From: an uncultured virus (IMG/VR IMGVR_UViG_2690315929_000005)
Lineage: Duplodnaviria > Heunggongvirae > Uroviricota > Caudoviricetes
Virus record (IMG/VR): IMGVR_UViG_2690315929_000005
Span: 1-64,000 of that record
DNA length: 64,000 nucleotides
Reading direction: 5' to 3' (one strand)
In this document: positions 59,013-64,000 of the stretch, one piece after another
Numbering within the stretch: the first letter of the stretch is position 1
Layout: each line of letters begins with the position of its first letter
Translations under genes and position numbers: made by a program
The notes under the pieces: model-generated
The model's database searches: none
The model's input: the letters and a program-made list of their open reading frames with translations, nothing else
What the model was told of the DNA's origin: nothing

Positions 59013-62000
59013 ATGTATCATGGCGAAGGTTACACAGTATATGTAGATGCCGATACGGCCGGCCTTCTTGAGGCTAACCGTGAAATCGAAAAAGCAAGAA
59101 GAAAAATAAATGATTTAGGCAACGAAGCAAACACCACAAGCAAATCATTTACTCAATTCAATAAATCAGCAATCGCGGTTTCCAGTGCGTTAAAAATGCC
59201 TGAAATAAACCGCTTATCACGTCAAATGAGTGAATTGGCGGGGCAAATTGGCGCTGCTTCAATGGCAACAGATAAGGCAACGACTGTTAACGCGCGTTTT
59301 ACAGGTGTGATTAGCAATGTGTCTGGGCTACTAGGGGCGGGATATGTTTCTAATATTGGTAGCGCTACTGTTTCGCTCTTGCAACATACTCAAGGGGCAA
59401 TTAATGCCACACAAGCCGAGGTTTTACATACTCGCGCTATTCAAATGAAGGCTCAGGCATTGCAAGCTGCTGCCTCCCAAGAAGTGATTAACGCCAAAAA
59501 TCTTAAAGCATCAACACAAGCAGAGCTAAAAGCAGCTCAGGCAGCGTTAGAACACGTTTATTCATTAGAAGGCTCTAATGATATCAAGCAGCGTAATTTA
59601 GAGTCACTTAGGGCACGACAGGCAGCAGTGCTCAAGGATGCTGAAATAACTTATCAAATGACTGCGAGTGAAGAAAATTTGCAGCGAGTGACTAAAGCCA
59701 GTAATGCGCTACATGCTACGGAAACTAAAATAAAAACGCATTTAGCTACAACCGGAAAAGAAATTGCGCTTGTTGAGGCTAGAGTCGCTAAAGCAAAAGA
59801 AGCAGAAACACTAGCAACTCAAAAATTAAATGCGGCATTAGCATTAGAGCAAAAAGCGAAAGCCACACTAGCCACTACAACAGACGCGGTGACCGTAGCT
59901 AATGGTCGCGCAGCCCAAGCGGCTAGAAGTCAATCCATTGCTATGCAAGGATTGCGAGGTGTTGTGGGGTTATTAGGTGGCCCAACGGGTGTTTTTATGT
60001 TGGCTACTGCTGGCGTGTATGCGCTATATAACGCGATGAATGATGACACCGCAACGAAAGAGTTTAATGACAGAGTAGATCAGTGGATTGATAAAATTGA
60101 CGAACTGTCAGCCAAACAGGCTCGCGCTGTGGCTAACCGCTTAGGCGAGAAGATAGCGGAAACAACCACACAACTAGAGGGACAGAAAAAAAGTCTTTCC
60201 AGTGTTAATTCAGATCTAAAAAGATATGAAAATAGACTTGCTGATATTAATAAAGAGATTCAAAGACAAAAAGAACAAGGTTTTGAAGTAGGTAAGTCTT
60301 ACGTTCAGGATGATATAGTAAAGGAAATCGAAAAACTCACCAAGAAACAGCAGCAGTATGAGCTGATTATTTCAGAAGGTGAGCAGAATATTCGTCGCTG
60401 GACGGTATCACAAGGTAAAGCCGCTAATATTGCAAAAGAGAGAGCAAAACAAACAGACGAACTCAGCAGAGCGGAATTAATTTATCAACGCCAAGCTAAA
60501 GGGATAGTTGATGCTAACCAACAATTAGCTAGATCACTAGAGCTAGGCAGTGACGCAGCCGTTAAGAAAGAACAAGCCATCAAAGAGTTAGAAAAGGCTT
60601 TAATTGCTGATGGTTTTGTTAAAGACTCCGAGTTATTTAAACAAAAAATACAAGAGTTAACGGATGAGCTTGATAAGAAGGCAAGTTTAAACCTTGCTAA
60701 CTCTCTTGCTGAGATAGAGCAACGAACACAAGCCCTCACTATTGGCATGAAAGACGGTAAGCCTGCACTGGATGAATACAATGCCTCGTTACTGCTTATG
60801 CAAATGGGGATAAAAAAAGGTTCGGCTACCTACAATACCGAACTCCCGAAAGCGATAGAGGCAATACGCAATTTACGTGAAGCTCAAGAAGCCGCACTAA
60901 ATAGCAAATCAAATGCTAACAAGTCGTTGAAAGCGATTAATAAGGCAAATGATGCCATTAAAAAACAACAGCAACAGACTGAGACGTTAAGAAAAGAATT
61001 TGAATTATTGAGTTCTGGCGCAGCTAACGTAAATAGAGAGATGGCTATTTTTAACGCTGTTCAAAGTCTGGGTGCTGATGCGACAGACAAGCAAAAGAAA
61101 GCTATTGCTAAAGAAGTCGCCGAAGTTTTTGACCTCAAACAAAAAGTCGATGACTTTATTAAGTCGCAAGAAATTACTCCAGAGTTAAAACTTGCAAGAG
61201 CATTTAGACAAGAATCTGAAGAGCTTAAACGCATGTTTGATAATGATTTCATTGATGAAGAAACGTTTAAGGCGTTAGGCAATAAAGCAATGAAGGCATT
61301 TGATGCTGGAATGGCTGAAATAAAAATAAACGCGGTTATTGACCCAATAACTGAAGCCAAAGGGCAATACGACCCGATACAAGCACTGGCTAACGAACAC
61401 GCTAAGAAACTTGAGATGATCCGCCAATTCGAAACAGAAAAAGGCGCTATTACTCAGCGTGGCTTAGAGTTAATGAATGCCGCTAATACTCAATATGAGC
61501 AAGACCGGTTAAATGCTCAATGGGAGATATGGCGCAATCAAAGCCAAGCCAATCAATTCTTAGCTGATGGGTTGGACGCATTAGGACAGCGCTCTACTAA
61601 CGTACTCACAGGGCTATTAACTCAAACACAATCCATTAACGATGCTTTCCGTAATGTCGCCTTAACCATCGTAGACCAAGCCGTTGGCGCTCTGGTCCAA
61701 ATGGGTATGCAACAAGTTAAGAATATGATTATGGGTGAAAGTATGGCGACAGCCGCTCAAGCATCTGCATTGGCTCAGGCTGCGGCAGCACAAGCGGCAT
61801 GGGCACCAGCGGCATTAAGCGCATCAATAGCCACATTAGGCGCAGCAGTAGCAACGGGAACATCATCATATACGGCGGCTATGGCAGCTAGTAAAACGAT
61901 GGGGTTGGTTGCTGGTGCTCGTAAAAATGGTGGACCCGTAAATGCTGGCTCTATGTATCGAGTGGGTGAAGGTGGTAAGCCTGAGATATTCAAAGCATCT

Positions 62001-62243
62001 AACGGTAGTCAGTACATGATACCGGGTGATAATGGTCGAGTTATTAGCAATCGACAAATGGGTAAAGGTGGTAATGGTGTCAGCATGGGTGATATGAACT
62101 TTACATTCCAAGTTCAAGCACCTAATGGCATTACTCAAAAGGAGGCGCAACAAATACAGCAAATGGTGAGAGGTACGGTTTATGACGTACTTGGTAACGA
62201 AATGCGTAGCGGTGGTGCTTTGGAAAAAGTAAGAAGTTGGTAA
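59013..62243 (+). CDS. Satellite-encoded tape measure protein
   Basis: 1076 aa from the ATG with GGAG RBS; shares LGGP.GV.MLA, DPIQ.L.NE.AKKL and AGARKNGGPV.AGSMYRVGEGGKPEIFKA blocks with the prophage TMP. Confidence 0.88.
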   Translation: MYHGEGYTVYVDADTAGLLEANREIEKARRKINDLGNEANTTSKSFTQFNKSAIAVSSALKMPEINRLSRQMSELAGQIGAASMATDKATTVNARFTGVISNVSGLLGAGYVSNIGSATVSLLQHTQGAINATQAEVLHTRAIQMKAQALQAAASQEVINAKNLKASTQAELKAAQAALEHVYSLEGSNDIKQRNLESLRARQAAVLKDAEITYQMTASEENLQRVTKASNALHATETKIKTHLATTGKEIALVEARVAKAKEAETLATQKLNAALALEQKAKATLATTTDAVTVANGRAAQAARSQSIAMQGLRGVVGLLGGPTGVFMLATAGVYALYNAMNDDTATKEFNDRVDQWIDKIDELSAKQARAVANRLGEKIAETTTQLEGQKKSLSSVNSDLKRYENRLADINKEIQRQKEQGFEVGKSYVQDDIVKEIEKLTKKQQQYELIISEGEQNIRRWTVSQGKAANIAKERAKQTDELSRAELIYQRQAKGIVDANQQLARSLELGSDAAVKKEQAIKELEKALIADGFVKDSELFKQKIQELTDELDKKASLNLANSLAEIEQRTQALTIGMKDGKPALDEYNASLLLMQMGIKKGSATYNTELPKAIEAIRNLREAQEAALNSKSNANKSLKAINKANDAIKKQQQQTETLRKEFELLSSGAANVNREMAIFNAVQSLGADATDKQKKAIAKEVAEVFDLKQKVDDFIKSQEITPELKLARAFRQESEELKRMFDNDFIDEETFKALGNKAMKAFDAGMAEIKINAVIDPITEAKGQYDPIQALANEHAKKLEMIRQFETEKGAITQRGLELMNAANTQYEQDRLNAQWEIWRNQSQANQFLADGLDALGQRSTNVLTGLLTQTQSINDAFRNVALTIVDQAVGALVQMGMQQVKNMIMGESMATAAQASALAQAAAAQAAWAPAALSASIATLGAAVATGTSSYTAAMAASKTMGLVAGARKNGGPVNAGSMYRVGEGGKPEIFKASNGSQYMIPGDNGRVISNRQMGKGGNGVSMGDMNFTFQVQAPNGITQKEAQQIQQMVRGTVYDVLGNEMRSGGALEKVRSW

Positions 62244-62309
62244 TTAAAAGCGTGGATAAAAACCATAATAGGGCAGATTTCTGCCCTTTATAGTATTGAA
62301 GGGTACATA

Positions 62310-62678
62310 ATGATAAAGATAAAAGTATCTAAAAGGAAAGGTCGCAATCAATCATTTCTACAATATTGCCAGCATGTAGATCAACGAGTATCACGGGCTA
62401 TGCAACGGTTTCTTTTCGATGCTGGAGCACAATCCGCAATTTATACGCCTATCGATACATCAACATTGATTAATAGTCAGTTTAGGGATGTTACTGTTAA
62501 TGGTACAAAAATAACGGGACGTATTGGTTACTCCGCCAGCTATGCCGTTTATGTGCATGATCCGAAAGTTAAGCAGAAATTTAAACGACCAACAGCTAAA
62601 AAAGAGTTCTTGAAAAAAGCGGTCGAGGAAACGCTACCTAATTTAACTAAGTATATTCATGAAGAATTGAAGAGTTAG
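62310..62678 (+). CDS. Satellite-encoded HK97 gp10-like neck/tail-completion protein
   Basis: AIYTPIDTSTLINSQFR.VTVNGT..TGR.GY.A.YAVYVHDP..KQ.F shared with 32114-32482. Confidence 0.88.
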   Translation: MIKIKVSKRKGRNQSFLQYCQHVDQRVSRAMQRFLFDAGAQSAIYTPIDTSTLINSQFRDVTVNGTKITGRIGYSASYAVYVHDPKVKQKFKRPTAKKEFLKKAVEETLPNLTKYIHEELKS

Positions 62679-62685
62679 CCTTCAT

Positions 62686-62705
62686 ACTTTCGTGAACAGT
62701 ACGCG
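62686..62705 (+). promoter_or_regulatory. Putative pac-site copy
   Basis: ACTTTCGTGAACAGTACGCG is identical to 24561-24580 inside the prophage terS. Confidence 0.65.
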
Positions 62706-63043
62706 CGTGGAAGGAAATATGCAAAAAACAACCAAAAAGAAACCAACCATTATTTTTATGATGTACCGACAATGCGCCTAATTGTGACGTGTGAACAATC
62801 CATCAACATTCACATAAGAGCCGATAGAGTAACAGGGGCAATCATGAGGAGTTTGTGAGGCAAGCAATCATTGAGAAGCTAAAAAAAAGCAACAGCACAA
62901 ATAGCTAAATCGCTATATGTATGTGTCAATAACTTGGTTATAGCTATATATATTGTGTTTACGTTAAAAAAATAGACAGGTAATTACAAGCTCATAATGA
63001 TTAGCCCCTAGACAAGATAAATATATTCAGTATTATTTATCCC

Positions 63044-63113
63044 AACAGTGCCCCTCATAACCTCTACGTAGAACGGAGAAATCTGGTTTGCGATACGTTT
63101 GGGGCTTTCTTTT
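63044..63113 (+). ncRNA. Abi-associated structured RNA, candidate antitoxin
   Basis: GCCCC...GGGGC closing stem plus U-rich tail, between a TAGACA-16-TATTAT promoter-like sequence and the abi start. Confidence 0.65.
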
Positions 63114-63143
63114 ATCTACTATCTGATAATTTTCCATGCTGCT

Positions 63144-64000
63144 ATGCACCCTCTAAAACCTCATCTAACGTATTTTGACCAAATAAAAAAGCTAGAAAAA
63201 CGAGGAATGAGTTTTGAGGATCTACCTCCTGAGCAGGCGGTAAAGAAAATAATGAATATTGGATATTACAGGCTATCTGGGTATTGGTATCCATTCCGTA
63301 AGTTAAAGTTAATCCCACCAGTAGCACCCGATGAAGCCAGACGTGAAGAAACATTCCTTGAGGGTACAACCTTTACAACGGTATACGCACACTATTTATT
63401 TGATGTAAAACTAAGAAGTTCTATTTTTTATGGAATAGAACGAATTGAAACTTATCTTAAAGCAAAAATAGCTTACGAACTAGGTAAAGTATCCCCTACG
63501 GCATACAAAGATAAGAATATCATCCAATACAGACATCACTACCGACATGATACATGGCTAGAAAAGTTAGATTCTTTAATAGAGCGAAATAGTGATAAAG
63601 ATTGTATACGATGGAATTTAGATAAGTATGGGGATATTCCTATATGGGCTATCGTTGATATTTGGGATTTCGGTACAATGTCTCGCTTCTACGGAATGCT
63701 TGAAGATAAATACAAACATCAAATTTGTAAATCGCTTGGCTTTCTAAAGCCTAACTCAGCAAATGTAAGAGATGGACTGAAAACAGCATTAGAGCACCTT
63801 AATACAGTTAGAAACAGGTGTGCCCACCATGCGCGTTTATGGAATACCGATTTTTCAGACTCAAAAATTAGCATCGATGTGTTAGATAATATTGATTTAA
63901 CAGCCTCGCGCTTGTCTCCAAAAAGCCCTGAACTATCAAGAATGGCAGGTATCATATTTTTAATATGGAGTCTGACCAAGAGAATAAGTTGTAATTCTAC
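63144..64000 (+). CDS. Abi_2 (AbiD/AbiF-like) HEPN abortive-infection protein; runs off the window end and is missing from the ORF track
   Basis: KPHLTYFDQI..L.KRGM, IGYYRLSGYW, YLFD.KLR...IE.IE, PIW...DFG..S, HEPN motif RNRCAHH. Confidence 0.9.
   Translation, partial: MHPLKPHLTYFDQIKKLEKRGMSFEDLPPEQAVKKIMNIGYYRLSGYWYPFRKLKLIPPVAPDEARREETFLEGTTFTTVYAHYLFDVKLRSSIFYGIERIETYLKAKIAYELGKVSPTAYKDKNIIQYRHHYRHDTWLEKLDSLIERNSDKDCIRWNLDKYGDIPIWAIVDIWDFGTMSRFYGMLEDKYKHQICKSLGFLKPNSANVRDGLKTALEHLNTVRNRCAHHARLWNTDFSDSKISIDVLDNIDLTASRLSPKSPELSRMAGIIFLIWSLTKRISCNS

Larger units (their letters stand above)
46400..64000. mobile_element. P4-integrase, PICI-like phage satellite; right end outside the window
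   Basis: int-alpA-antA-c4/icd-primase-ori order; no capsid or terminase genes visible. Confidence 0.9.

Noticed and set aside
59013..62678. Assembly duplication of the prophage tail genes
   Set aside because: The nucleotide sequence is clearly diverged, differences in conserved blocks are mostly synonymous, and gene order differs.
63142..63979. Minus-strand ORFs 63142-63369 and 63719-63979
   Set aside because: Shadows of the + strand Abi_2 gene.

Overview
AT-rich enterobacterial DNA, probably Proteus/Morganellaceae (inferred from composition and gene content), holding two mobile elements in tandem at a tRNA-Arg(UCU) attachment site. (1) 1-46426: an essentially complete lambdoid siphovirus prophage with DLP12/P22-type int-xis, Exo/RecT/SSB, N, cI/cro/cII, O/P, nin region, Q, lysis cassette, Sf6-like TerS with PBSX-family TerL, head and tail genes, a tail appendage with an EEP-fold domain, an O-antigen acetylase and a HolE homolog. 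(2) ~46400 to beyond the window end: a P4-integrase, PICI-like satellite with alpA, AntA, c4/icd, primase-helicase, iteron origin and FinO/ProQ. No capsid or terminase gene of the satellite is visible, but it shows several links to the neighbouring prophage: an array of about 8 boxA+hairpin (nut-like) units before alpA, its own tape-measure and tail-completion genes homologous to the prophage's, an exact 20-bp copy of a terS-internal sequence (probable pac site), and an Abi_2/AbiF HEPN toxin whose upstream RNA element recurs (66/67 nt) as an orphan in the prophage late leader. All functional interpretations come from reading the sequence; no database searches were run.
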